A DNA stretch of 62,067 bases, filler included, from Perkinsus olseni (lineage: Eukaryota): assembly GCA_013115125.1 (NCBI GenBank). It is 8 parts of 8 records of this genome, joined end to end, with 100 filler letters (N's around TTAATTAATTAA, not from the genome) between each part and the next. Parts side by side here need not be neighbours in the genome. Positions count along the whole stretch, not along the records: positions 31,194 to 38,856 come from JABANN010001012.1; positions 38,957 to 46,600 come from JABANN010001013.1; positions 46,701 to 54,334 come from JABANN010001014.1; 5 more parts are not named here. One strand, 5' to 3'. The notes beneath the pieces are model-generated. The model was given only the letters and a program-made list of their open reading frames with translations, searched no databases and had not been told where the DNA came from. Made by a program: the position numbers and the translations under genes. Positions 37,354 to 48,917 of the stretch are shown here, in pieces (within the stretch, counting starts at the first letter, position 1; each line of letters starts with the position of its first letter).

Positions 37354-37993
37354 TGACTTCGTATTGCTGGGGATGAGGGGAGCTGATCGTGCGGGGGGTG
37401 TAGGGCTGCTCTTATGTGGCAGAAATCTGTGACGAAATTTCGTTTCTCAGGGCGGAGCGATGCTGCAGGATCGGGATGCCTATGAGATGATTCGGGCCGT
37501 CGTGGAGAGTAGGGATGTTGGGAGACAACAACCCGACAGTTGGGAGGCAACCGATAAATATCGTCATCATCGCCGACGATGATTGTCGTTACTAATACGT
37601 ATAATATTTTCACCTGCTGAATGCACTGTTACGATTTTCTAGAGATGCTCGCGTGTGCTGTGTTTGAGTGAATTACGACGAGTGGCTCGGCGGGAGTATC
37701 TTAGGTTGACGCTTGCTCTCGCCGCTGAACGCGGGGTTACCCATCAATAGCCCAATGCAAAGCTGTGCAGACGTTGCTGACGTCGGGACTTGCCCTACGC
37801 AGGTTGTTCGCAGTCGCGCTTCGGCTGACTCGCTTCGCATCGGGAACCCACGCGAATCTGCGTTATTCGCTCGGCTCACTTTCGACTAGGATTGAAGATG
37901 CGGTTGCCGTCCGACGGATGATAAATGGTTGGCCAAATTGCCGCTAGCTGATTCGTGCCGTTTGGCGCTAGCTGATTCGTCCCGTTTGCCACC

Positions 37994-38856
37994 ATGCCCA
38001 CCAACCCCCCCAGTGGTAATAAGGGCGATAGTGATCTCGCCGTCGCCTTGGTACTTTACGGTATGCTATCGTATGTATTGGTATTATTCTGGGCTGTAAA
38101 TATCGATAAATTACGATTGCGGACATACCAGATGATTGGCCATTCTCTGAGTATGTTCGTCGGAGTGCTTATGTTCCAAACACTCGATACCATCATCAAC
38201 GATCTGCTACAGGGAGGAGATGACAGTAGTAGGGGGTCTGTGTCGCTGCGCAGGAAGGGAGTGGGATGCAGACTGTCTCGAATACTCACGGAAAGTGAAC
38301 AACAGTCGTGGGCGTTAACGGCAGCTCCCGCCGTGGGGCAAGGTTAGGGAAAACGTTTTTTCGCTCAGCATAGCGGAGCCTTTCCGGGTAAACAGACGTA
38401 ACCGTGGTAAATTTCAGAGTAAACAGACGTAACCATGGTAAATTTGGTATTAGCGTCATCTCCCACATGTGATTCATTTATTTTCCGGAGTTCGTATCAT
38501 CATCCGGTGCTGATATAATCAATGCGCATTTTAGAGATGCGGTGGCCCGGCAGGTAGCCATCGTTTCTATGCTGTTATCCTTTTCAGATGAAAACTCCTC
38601 CGACATTCCTCTCAGTCTTCTTTCCTTTCTATTGTGGAACTTACTCGGACTCTTTTTAATTTCTAAATTTCGACGGAAGCCCTTGTTACAGAAAGTGAGT
38701 GATCTCGCTCGCCCACGGCTGGACCAACACTCCTTCACGTCTGCAGGGATCTTTAATTATAATCGGTCACACTGCTGGGTTTACCTGTATCAATATTGCT
38801 ACGATCGTCCAGACATCATCCTTCGACCAGAATGGTGGTATGGCTGTACTTTACCT
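37994..38856 (+). CDS. Multi-pass membrane protein, multi-exon, 3'-truncated
   Basis: GCCACCATG start; hydrophobic segments LAVALVLYGMLSYVLVLFWAV, SLSMFVGVLMFQ, LSLLSFLLWNLLGLFLI, IIIGHTAGFTCINIA. Confidence 0.65.
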
Positions 38857-39106
38857 NNNNNNNNNNNNNNNNNNNNNNNNNNNNNNNNNNNNNNNNNNNN
38901 TTAATTAATTAANNNNNNNNNNNNNNNNNNNNNNNNNNNNNNNNNNNNNNNNNNNNCTCAAACACGTAGTATGTGCTGAATTAGACTGATTTTTGTGATT
39001 TGCATATCGAATTGGAACACCCTGTAGGTCACTAGTAGCAGCAGACACGGGGCCAGTAGAAGTGTCATCGTGAGAAATAGTCCACCGATCCACAGTTATC
39101 TCCTAT

Positions 39107-41989
39107 CTAGGGCTGTAGTAAAGCCTCAGCAGGACAGTGAGCGGAACGGAGTAGCTTCGCAAAACCGGTGTAGTCCTTCGAGAAAGCGAAGACCACAGAT
39201 CCAGCAGGTATAGTAACCGAACCGTCGATGAACTTCTTACACGACAGCCCTTGTGTCGATCCTAGTCTCACGAACTCCTCATTTCGGAGAGTCTTCCATA
39301 GTGGGAGCACTTGATGGTCTTCACCTGTAGCTGGATCCTCGTGCTCGGTAGTAGAAGACTGCGAACCATGGGGATCCCCTGGGTTTACACAGTTCGCCTC
39401 AGATGTAGTTGTCGGAGCAACTCCACCTTGGCCACTGTAGTCAGATGATGACGGACGTACCGGAGCGACTTCCCCCTCTTGGCCACCGTAGTCAGACGAT
39501 GACGGAGGTACCGGAGCGACTTCCCCCTCTTGGTCACCGTAGTCAGACGATGACGGAGGTACCGAAACGACTTCCCCCTCTTGGCCACCGTAGTCAGCTG
39601 TAGACGTAGGTGATGGAGCGACTCCACCTTGGCCACCGTAGTCACATGCTAACGGGGACGTAGGTGCGGGTGGAATCGTCGCCTCGTCGTTGGATGGTAG
39701 GGACGTCCATGAAACGTCTACTTCATCGGGACCTTGTTGCACAGGAGGACTGCCGTCCCTCGGCATCGCCGTAGTAGTTGGTTGTAGCCCTGCTCGTTCA
39801 TGAGCGGTAATAGTACGGCGGTGTCTGATCACTTTGGGGTCGTCACTGTAGTCAGTGGGGTGTAGTATCACGTGGTTGAGCTTACCGTCGGCGTCAATGA
39901 ATATACGACTACCCTTGCCCCAGTAGTAGTGAACAACAGACTGTAGTGCAGCCGCATGGTGGACATTCACAAGTGCATGACGCTCTACCTCCCGGCCGTA
40001 CTCAACTGGTACTTGTACGGTAGTTGCACCGGTACTTTCCTTGGTGGTAGTAACGCCACCAATACCGTGTAGTAGGATGTCGGGGTAGACGTCGACAATG
40101 GCTGAACCTCGAATAGCAACTATAGTGCCAGGACCAGCCCACTTAGTGTCTAGGTGACCACCCAATGCAGAATCCGATGACCTTGTAGTGAAAACTAGGT
40201 CGTAGAGTCGGGGAGTGTAGTCATTGGGGTGGTCCCTGATAGTCCGCTCATGCAACTGAAGCTGCTTAGCCTTCCATCTCTCCAAGTACTCCGCTAGTGT
40301 GGCAGCAACCCGCTCACGCTGATCATCCATAGTCGACAGACCTTCGCGGAGAAAGCTGATAGTATCAGTGTTGGTGAACCGCAACTCGAGAGAGTCCCAG
40401 TCTATTAGTTCACTGATACCTGGTCGTTGGCCGGGAAGGCGTAGTCCATAGCAGTAGTGCAACTCCATAGGCGTGGCGTTGGACCACCCACGCCTAGTAG
40501 AGTTATAGCAGCGAATGGCGTAGAGGTAATCGTTGATGTAGGAGTCAACTGAGGGTGGTGGTAGGCTCCCCGTAGTTGGAGCGGGACGTGAAGTTCTAGT
40601 AGCCTTAACGATTTCCGTGAGATCCTTATGGCTCCGTTCCCAGAACCCCAGTAGTTGACCATACGCAGGTAGCGCGTAGTGGCGCGTCCCGTGCCGTTGT
40701 AGTACAGTCTTCACCTCCTTCCGGATTAGGGAGACTCTATCACAATCAGTTAGTAGGGCAGATGGAGAACCATGCTCCAGAAAAATGCTATTGAAAGCAT
40801 CCGCCACTATTTGTGGCTTAGTACTCCTTACAGGTCGAGCAGCGCAGAACCCTGACACGTAGTCCATCACGACTAAAATGTAGTAGTCCTTGCTGGGGTC
40901 TAGTGCAGGCTGAACGCTGGTAGATCTCGACTTTGAGGGCCTGTCGTACGGACCAACCAAGTCCGCGCCGACTAGTTCCCAAAGGCCTGTAGTTATCAGT
41001 TCTTGGACCTTGTTGACAATGTAGTTATGCTTCCGCACAGCACGAGCCTTCGTACACGGCATACAGCTCTTCAGCGTTGTTCGTGCAAGGCGAGACAACC
41101 CATGACAGTAGTAGTGCTGTCGGAGCTCCGATGTGACCTTCGGTGAACCCTGATGTCCCTTAGAGTAGTGCTCTATGGCTGCGAGGATACGGACGAAGTA
41201 GCGAGAGTATCTAGTCCGTCCTAGATGGATAACTCCTCGGCCTAGTGTCAGGACAGAACCGATGTCATCCTCCTGGGTAGTACCAACCTTCCGGTAGGGA
41301 TCATCCTTCCGTCTGATGATACCCTTGTCGTCTATATAGCATATACGCTTGAGACGACGTAGTCTAGTGGCACGGCTCCCCAAGTCCTTGGCAGACACTT
41401 CAGATCTCAGATAGGCACCGAAGATCGACAGGTCAGGATCAGTAGTTTGGCACCGAAGCACACAAACGTTGATACATTCCTGTAGAAGTGAGCCTTCCAG
41501 TAGTCCTCCTCGGATCTGGTCATTCGGCTTGGCGTACTCTAGTAGTTGGGTTAGTTCACCGACCTCCTCGGTAGTAACACCGGTTAGGTCTGGAAGGTTG
41601 ATGCCGTCGCCGTTGACCATGTTGGCGGACTCCTTGGCTGAATCGGAGCTACCCAGTCGAGGAGTAGTGTCCTCATCTTCTGGATCAGGAGATGATTTGT
41701 AGTCGTAGTAAACCTCGGAAGTCTTGACACAGTTGAGTAGTTCAGCACCCGTCATACTCTTGTCCGGTAGTTTCCCACGAGAGATAGTGTCGGCTTGATT
41801 AGCTGCCGAAGGTACGTGGCGGATGACCACGTCTAGTTCTCGGCACAGACGTCTGATATCAGCCAACCTCCGTCGTTCAACAATAGGTAGTCGACGATCA
41901 TTGCTGGGTTTTCTTAGTCGGTATATATTAATTTCACTATCAGTGAGTAGTAGTACCGGACGTGCGGGGTAGTCAGGTGTCAGAGGCAA
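39107..41989 (-). CDS. Element B RNase H C-terminal half, integrase and C-terminal extension
   Basis: LLTDSEI, HVPSAANQADTISRG; EHYSKGH...CMPC; GADLVGP, LLTDCD, GFWERSH; KWAGPG. Confidence 0.88.
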   Translation of the reverse strand: MPLTPDYPARPVLLLTDSEINIYRLRKPSNDRRLPIVERRRLADIRRLCRELDVVIRHVPSAANQADTISRGKLPDKSMTGAELLNCVKTSEVYYDYKSSPDPEDEDTTPRLGSSDSAKESANMVNGDGINLPDLTGVTTEEVGELTQLLEYAKPNDQIRGGLLEGSLLQECINVCVLRCQTTDPDLSIFGAYLRSEVSAKDLGSRATRLRRLKRICYIDDKGIIRRKDDPYRKVGTTQEDDIGSVLTLGRGVIHLGRTRYSRYFVRILAAIEHYSKGHQGSPKVTSELRQHYYCHGLSRLARTTLKSCMPCTKARAVRKHNYIVNKVQELITTGLWELVGADLVGPYDRPSKSRSTSVQPALDPSKDYYILVVMDYVSGFCAARPVRSTKPQIVADAFNSIFLEHGSPSALLTDCDRVSLIRKEVKTVLQRHGTRHYALPAYGQLLGFWERSHKDLTEIVKATRTSRPAPTTGSLPPPSVDSYINDYLYAIRCYNSTRRGWSNATPMELHYCYGLRLPGQRPGISELIDWDSLELRFTNTDTISFLREGLSTMDDQRERVAATLAEYLERWKAKQLQLHERTIRDHPNDYTPRLYDLVFTTRSSDSALGGHLDTKWAGPGTIVAIRGSAIVDVYPDILLHGIGGVTTTKESTGATTVQVPVEYGREVERHALVNVHHAAALQSVVHYYWGKGSRIFIDADGKLNHVILHPTDYSDDPKVIRHRRTITAHERAGLQPTTTAMPRDGSPPVQQGPDEVDVSWTSLPSNDEATIPPAPTSPLACDYGGQGGVAPSPTSTADYGGQEGEVVSVPPSSSDYGDQEGEVAPVPPSSSDYGGQEGEVAPVRPSSSDYSGQGGVAPTTTSEANCVNPGDPHGSQSSTTEHEDPATGEDHQVLPLWKTLRNEEFVRLGSTQGLSCKKFIDGSVTIPAGSVVFAFSKDYTGFAKLLRSAHCPAEALLQP
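39405..39645 (-). repeat. Coding tandem repeat (48-51 bp; DYGGQEGEVAPVPPSSS), ~5 units
   Basis: Visible in both the DNA and the translation of the integrase tail. Confidence 0.9.
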
Positions 41990-44900
41990 CAGCTACCGAT
42001 AGTCGGTACAGGTTCACATGACGGAGGAACGGGGTAGTGGTAGTGACCGTGCGGCAAGTAGTTATCCAATCAGCGACCTTATCAACCAATCTCGGGGGAA
42101 CTAGCGCCTTCCAGTCCTTACAGACCTCGCAGATAGCCCTCCAGATCTTCCTTCCCTCTATGTCGAGCTCCACTAGTAGCCCAAGAGGATCATATAGTGA
42201 TGCAAGCGCAGCGCAGCACTGTCGCTTAGTAGTCTTGTCGGTAGACTCTAGTTTGCCCGAGTACACAACGAAGAACTCGTCGGTCTTAGGGTTGAACTTG
42301 TAGCCTAGTGTAGACCGGTTGGCCTCGTTGTTGTGGTCTTCCTCCGTAGTGGGCCAAGAGCTAAAACTCTTTAGTGGATCCACCGCTAGTCCGTGTCCAG
42401 TCATGACGAAGGTCACGAAAGTATGGGCTGTAGTAATGATAACCTTATCAGTACCGCCGGTGTAGAGGTCGTCCACGAAGTTGCGTAATTGAAGGCTAGT
42501 AGGAATCTTCGGTCCATTCCTAATGTAGTTTACAGCTTCCGGGCTAGGACACAGTAGTACTTTCTCCAGCTGGTCTCTAGGTAGGGCCTTGGGATCCAAT
42601 GGCTCTCCATCGACCGATAGTTGAGATGCTAGTTGAGACAGCAGGAACAGCTCCTGACCAACATCGTAAGTAGTAGCCTCCAGCTGGTTGGGAGCACTAG
42701 TGTTCCCGAACCCGATACGCCCCCAGAGCACAGTATATTCTCCGATGCACGTGTAGTTGGCATGGGCGAGGTCAAATAGTGAAGCTCTCATTTGACAGAA
42801 AGCTTTGCTGATATCGCCGGACATGAAGTTCTCGAACCCTCGTAAGTGTAGTAATACCCCGAGTAGGTCACTCTGGGGTATTCCGCCCTTGCCAACGTAC
42901 TTGTTCACCTCTCTGTAGTCCAAGACGATCCTACATGGAGTAGTGGGATGATCGCTTCGGAAGACACAGTGTGCAGGTATATAGTGCTGCGGTAGTATCA
43001 CAGGGGTGCCTTGTTGCTGATGAGAGCCCTTAGTAAGGACATCCCAAGCGGCCTGGCACTCAGTGAAGTCCGGTTGCTTCTTGTAGTCAGCCTCGGAGTT
43101 GTCTTGTACGATAGCACAGAACCCTCGCTGAACATAACTGTCTAGTGCATCTTCGAATGCCTTGCGCTGGTCGGTAGTCAGACGCTTGACAGCATTGGCA
43201 CCCCGGTTTGATGCGGTGCGGTAGTTCATAGGAGGGCGACATTGGTCTAGCCAAGGGACTCGGATAGTGATCCTGCCGAGCTTGGCTGAGTCATCTCTAT
43301 GCCACTCTCTCTGTAGTACATCCCATGGTGGTTTACCATCGTCGTTGTAGTCGGACAACGGGGCAGTAGTTCCAGAGGGGGTGTAAACAGAATTTGTGGG
43401 GGGTAGATCTTCTTGGGGTTCTTCGGCATTGGTAGTGGTTGATGGTCCGTTACCCAAGGACGAGTCGTCGTGCTTGCCCTGGCCACAACAAAAACTCTTA
43501 GTAGTATATGGAGAGTTAGTTTGTAGCCCAAGGTAGTGCACGTTGTACCATTCGTCCTGGGCAAGGTCGTCGTACCAGTTATCACCACTCTCACTGCAGA
43601 GATCTTGGACATGATGCACCCGGTAGTGTGAGTAGATAGGGTCCTCAAGAGATAGGTCTTCTAGTGGTAGACTGATGGGCTCCTTCACAGACTTCAACGG
43701 TATATTAGTAGTGATGAAGGACCCTTGTGGTGTTAAGGTGAGTGTAGTCCTCGACCGAGCTAGTGCCGGGCACCCCAGTAAGACGGGGACCGCCATATCG
43801 TCGACCATGACTCGAAAGGTCTCTTCAACCGAAGCATTACTAGTAGCTATCCGCAACTGGACAGTGCCTAGTATTTGTAGTGGTTGTCCGTTGGCAGTGC
43901 TCACGCCTTGGAGGTTACTTGAGTCGACCTTCTTGTGGGGGCACAACCGTAGTAGAGTACTGTAGCTGATTAGTGATATATCAGCTCCAGTGTCAAAGAG
44001 AGCCACCGTATCCAGGCTTTCAACCGAGATTGGACCAACGAGCTTGCGCTGTCCGATAGTACTAGTGTCAGCATGGTGAGGGTAGTGTGCGATGACGGAA
44101 ACAGTCGATCGCCCCAGCATCTGCTCAGCAGTTAGTATGCCGGAAGCAAGCTCGTTCACCAAGGTAGTCGATGAGCTATTAACCACCGTAGTGGGGCTCA
44201 CAGTCCCTTTCATAGAAGGCTCGTAGTTCACCATGAAGACCTCAGATGATGCTTCTGCTTTGACAGCCCTTGAATCACTGTTAGTTGGAGAATTGACCCT
44301 GGCTGACGGTGTTGGTGGTCGTAGGGCAACGGTACTCTTAGTCTGTACCTTAGTAGAGTTGGATAGACAGACATGGGCCAGATGTCCTGGCTGATTACAG
44401 CGGTGACATATGCGTCTGTCAGGCTTAGTGTAGCAGCGATCGGCCTTATGGTTAGTGTTCCCACAGATCTTGCAACGATTATTATAGTCGCGAGGCTTGT
44501 CAGCGGTACAGAACCGTGACGAATGGCCCCTACCGCCGCAACGGAAGCACCTCATGCCGACCGCATCCTTGCCCATAGCCACATAGTTGGCAATCACCCC
44601 GGAGTCTTCGCTTCCGGAGTAGTAGGACTCATCCAAAGAGTTCACCGACACGGACCGCGTCCTCGGGTAGGAGTAGTCTCGTTCCCTAGAGCGTTGTCGT
44701 CCTAGTGGCTCGGTGCCGAATGATACCCTAGTCTTGCCTGGGGAGTAGTCACGTCTCCGTGGGCGATCTTCTCTGGACGGATCATTAGTTTGCCGCTGGT
44801 GACGTTGTATGACAATGGCCTTGAAAGACCTGTAGTCAATGTCATCGCGCAAGTGAGGATCCACTTGATGTCGGAGCTCAGCATTCTCAATGCCATTCCT

Positions 44901-46600
44901 CAAAGTCCACTTGAGGTCATAGTCTAGTACTGGGTGGCGTAGATGGAATAGTTCGGTAGCAAACTCTTCTATCTTCCTTATGAAGGAGTGTAGTGAGTAG
45001 TTGCCTTGGCGTAGTGTCAACAGCTTCCGCTGAGTAGTCTGGATGTGCTCATCGGTGTCGAAGAAAAATCTAATGCGCTGTAGTAGAACGCTTAGTTGTT
45101 GCTCATAACTCTTGAGACACCCGCCGGGGGGAACTAGTCCATCAGTTAGTTGCTGCCACACATACTTGTCAGTGCACAACTTCAGCCACTGGTACCGCAA
45201 GAGGTCGTTATGGCCCTCAGTGGCTCTATAGAGCTCCGAGATGAATGTAGTGCCAGCTCGGTTGTCTTCAGAGCCCTTGAACCGGTAGTGGGTCTTTAGT
45301 GTAGCCGCGACGCTCTGCGAGTGGTTGAAGTCCTTGGGGGGTATAGGGTGCTTGCACTTGGGTAGGTTGCAAGCATAGCAGTAGTCAGAGGTGATGCACT
45401 CCCTCTGGCTTGGGACAAAGTAGTTGGTCCCAACGGGGATTTGGCCAACCAGACCCGGACCAGGAGGCAGTAGTGGTTGAGCACTGATACCTAGGATGGG
45501 ATCCTGGTATTGTACTGGTTGAGGGACTTGTGGGTAGTAGTGGCCCTGAGGATACCCGTAGTTAGGGTTTGGTAGACTAGGGGTAGTCGTCGGTGCCGAA
45601 GGCGGAGCTTCCCTCTCAACATAGACACTCCCGTCGTAGAATGTAGTGTTCGGGGGCAAGCCACGTGAGTAGTCCCTTATACCAGGGTAAATAGGTCCTG
45701 GTGGAAGTCCATAGTCAGGACTGTGAGACCTGTTGCTTCCTAGTCCGGTTGGTGGGAGTTGAGCGTCATACTGTTGAGTAGTACCAACCGGAGCGTACAG
45801 CTGTTGATGACGCTGTATGCCAGGTAGAGTGCCAGTCCCAATATTTGGGTTCTGTACGTCAGCACGGTAGTCTCCCAGACCAAACTGTGGAGTCTGGGAA
45901 TTAAAAGTGTAGTAGTTAGAGCGCTGAGTATCGACGTGCTCGTGGAGTGCTGGTCGATATAGTGAGTGTGGACTTCCCTGGGGACTCCGTTGGGGATCTC
46001 GGTGCTGGTAGTGTTCATGGCTTCCATAGTATGGTTCAGGCGAACTCGAGGCTTGTGTTGGCTGAGCCATGTTAGGAGATGCAGCCATGATGCTAGGGCC
46101 TAGTTGTTGTTGTCGATGTCGACCAGCATAGTCTGGTCCCCAACGGCTAGACCAGTTTGCACACTGGCGGGCATAAGCCGAAGAAGGTGACGGACCATCG
46201 GCTTCCGGTTGTTGTGGCTGCTGCTCACCAACACCATGACCTAGTCCAGAGGAGATTTGGCCATGTGGTGGCTGAGCCGCACTAGCCACAGGAATAGGCA
46301 AACCGTCGGGACGTAGTTGCTGCTGCTGCTGCTCACCACCACCACGGCCTAGTCCCGTAAAGGTTGAGCCATGTGATAGCTGGGCCGCATTAGCCGGAGG
46401 AATAGGCAAACCGTCGGGGCCTAGTTGCTGCTGCTCACCACCACCACGGCCTAGTCCAGCGAGAGTTGAGCCATGTGATAGCTGAGCCGCGTTAGCCGGA
46501 GGAATAGGCAAACCGTCGGGACCTAGTTGCTGCTGCTCACCACCACCACGGCCTAGTCCAGAGAGGGTTGAGCCATGTGATAGCTGAGCCGCGTTAGCCG
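41973..46600 (-). CDS. Element B Gag-protease-RT (5'-truncated, ends prematurely in RNase H)
   Basis: 3x CCHC knuckles (CFRC, CKIC, CHRC); LFDTGAD; HCVFRSDHPTTPCRIVLDY; DISKAF; FVDD; TKRQCCAALASLYDPLG; stop right after AVASD. Confidence 0.9.
46190..46600 (-). repeat. Coding tandem repeat (~100 bp; PDGLPIPPANAAQLSHGSTLAGLGRGGGEQQQLG), at least 4 units, runs off the contig
   Basis: Recurring GGAATAGGCAAACCGTCGGG / GCTCACCACCACCACGGCCTAGTCC units. Confidence 0.9.
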
Positions 46601-46700
46601 NNNNNNNNNNNNNNNNNNNNNNNNNNNNNNNNNNNNNNNNNNNNTTAATTAATTAANNNNNNNNNNNNNNNNNNNNNNNNNNNNNNNNNNNNNNNNNNNN

Positions 46701-46773
46701 TCACCCGACTGAGCATTTGCCGGGTGGGTGCCGACATCGCAACATCCTCATCATAACTCAGCAGCTCTATACT
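46701..46773. repeat. 73-bp inverted repeat, left end of contig 7
   Basis: Exact reverse complement of 54262-54334. Confidence 0.95.
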
Positions 46774-47671
46774 CCTGAGTCTCGAAAATACCATACCTGA
46801 AAGTGTCCCGCGTTTCATGTTATACTTTTCTCATTTGAGACCTTGTTTGAAACTCGATGCGTCTCCATATGATGACTGATATAAAAAAGATTGGAAAAAC
46901 GTGTCTTTCTCCTGGCCAGTATGTTGTCCTCTTGGTGCTTCGAGGTTTGTTGTGTAGTTGTCAATCTAGGTTTGGCGGTGGAGTTAAGTTACCCAATCGG
47001 CCGGAACCTCGAGTCGAGGTCCTCGACTACTGTAATCGGCGAAAATTGAATGGAATCCATTCAATGGATAGTGTGACGGAATGGCTAGGTGATTCCTGCT
47101 CGAACGTGTTTGGTGGGTGAGCGCGCAGTTCTGCCCGCAATCGTGGCGACGTAGAGAGAATAAGCCGATACTGCTAATCGGAGAGAATTGCTCTGAATCA
47201 AGACGCGCAAGTCCGTTTTCTAAAATGTATCCCGCCATACCTGCGTACTCGCGATACTCCCACCGCAGCTCTCCTCGCCTTGCGGATCAGGACGATTTAG
47301 TCACATCACAGACGCGATGCGGTGCATTGAATGCCCCTTTCCGAAAGCTCCTTTCGCTCGCCGCTCGAGACGCAGCAGATAATTGAGCTCTCGTTCTTCC
47401 AGCCATTTCTCTCGCACTCCGCCTTAATCAAATGCCCAGTGCTGGGAGTTAGCGCATTACGGGAGCGTCTCCGCCGCTCAAGCGATCGAGAATACCGTCA
47501 GTGATAAGCTGTCACGCTGCTTAGACGGCACATCGATGCACAATCATGCCTGGCGGTATTACCGCCGGTGTTATCATTGACGTAGTTGGCGAATGCACTT
47601 ATTTGGAACTCTGGATAAAGGAATTGGCAGAAGTCGCTCTTCGTCAGTTGAAGAGTTGTCGACCATCTTGA

Positions 47672-48917
47672 ATGTTGAGGGCCGCGATACTCCGCTCGGC
47701 GGCAACGTGGACGCTCGCCGCCACTACTCCGCTGCTGGCATTCCCGATGATGCACAATGAAGTAGAGATGAACTTCGACGGTCATTCATCAAGATTACTT
47801 GTCGACAGTGGGAGCGATATTTCGTATCTAATATATTGTGGGTGGTATGAAAGTCTCCACGGTTCTCGATCCTGCGAGAATCTCATCACTGGTTGCTATT
47901 TCTGCCCCGAGACCGATCCATGTGATCTCGACAGCTTGCTGAGAGAGAAAGTACACACGATAAACTTCATTCGTCATTTGATAGGTGACGCTGAAGGTCG
48001 ACCAGAGGAAGATAGGGTTGAAAGTGGGCCTCATGGTTGGGCAGATAACCAGGAATCGCGGCTATCAATCACATGCTCTTCTCGGAACCTCCCATTCTGC
48101 TCCCACAGCGTCCGTCGGACTCAAGATACCGTCTTTCCTCGAGCAACTCGTACACGCTGGAGTGATTCGCCACAATTCCCTGTTGGTGGTCATACGTGTT
48201 TCAAAGCTGTCTATTGGTGTAGCTGGTCAGTTGGTCCTCGTTGATGATCCAGACAAGGACAAAAACGCGGTTTCCCTTCCTTTCAGAAGAATCTCATGGG
48301 CTCCGTCCGCTTTCGCGATAGCTACCACGGCAGTCCGGGTGGGAAGTCCTTCTCCCAAGGATCAAGTTATTGAGTTTTCGAACACGCAAGACTCTTGCGT
48401 GTTCGCAAGAGTCATCAATGGTCATCGGTCATCAATGGCCATTGATACCGGCAGTGTCAGTACCATCGTCCCCAAGGAGGTTTTCGAGGTGATACTGAGA
48501 GCTATCGAGGCCGAGTCTGACGAATTGCAGGCTCATCAACCATCCAATTCCAGTCGAGGAGCGGGCCCCTTACTCGGTGACGAGGGGCATGTCTGGGTTC
48601 GCAGGAGTGTCGTTGAACATCTGCCTGTAATGACTATCCAAGCTGGGGCGGACTCATCGTTTAAGGTACATCTCAAGAATGATGTACCAGTATGCGAGGG
48701 AGATTGGTGTGCGGTCTTTATAAAAGACCGACTTTCGCCATGGAGCTCTCGTGATGTGTTCGTACTTGGTCAGCCATTTTTCATGGAGCATGATGTTCAC
48801 ATTAATTCCGACCGGGAGAGTATCGATCTCGTACCTCCTACGAGGCCCATAATGAACGCAATAACATCTCTCGACTCGTGGCATGGAATCCGACATACCC
48901 CAATCGAATCTCAATAG
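47672..48917 (+). pseudogene. Pepsin-like aspartyl protease with frameshift/deletion at ~47960-47990
   Basis: Signal peptide and LLVDSGS in ORF 47672; MAIDTGS and VLGQPFF in ORF 47985; colinear with the 33166-34263 protease. Confidence 0.85.

Larger units (their letters stand above)
38957..46600 (-). mobile_element. Bel/Pao-like LTR retrotransposon internal region (element B), defective copy
   Basis: Gag-PR-RT then RH remnant-IN; frame break inside RNase H; only distantly similar to element A. Confidence 0.9.

Noticed and set aside
37942-38446. Short tandem duplications (24 bp at 37942, 31 bp at ~38388)
   Set aside because: Two-copy local duplications with no further structure.
41973-41989. 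Programmed ribosomal frameshift
   Set aside because: No slippery heptamer, and conserved RNase H residues are missing; a deletion explains it better.
23649-45484. Many short ORFs antisense to or overlapping the gag-pol and protease genes
   Set aside because: Shadow ORFs of long coding regions.
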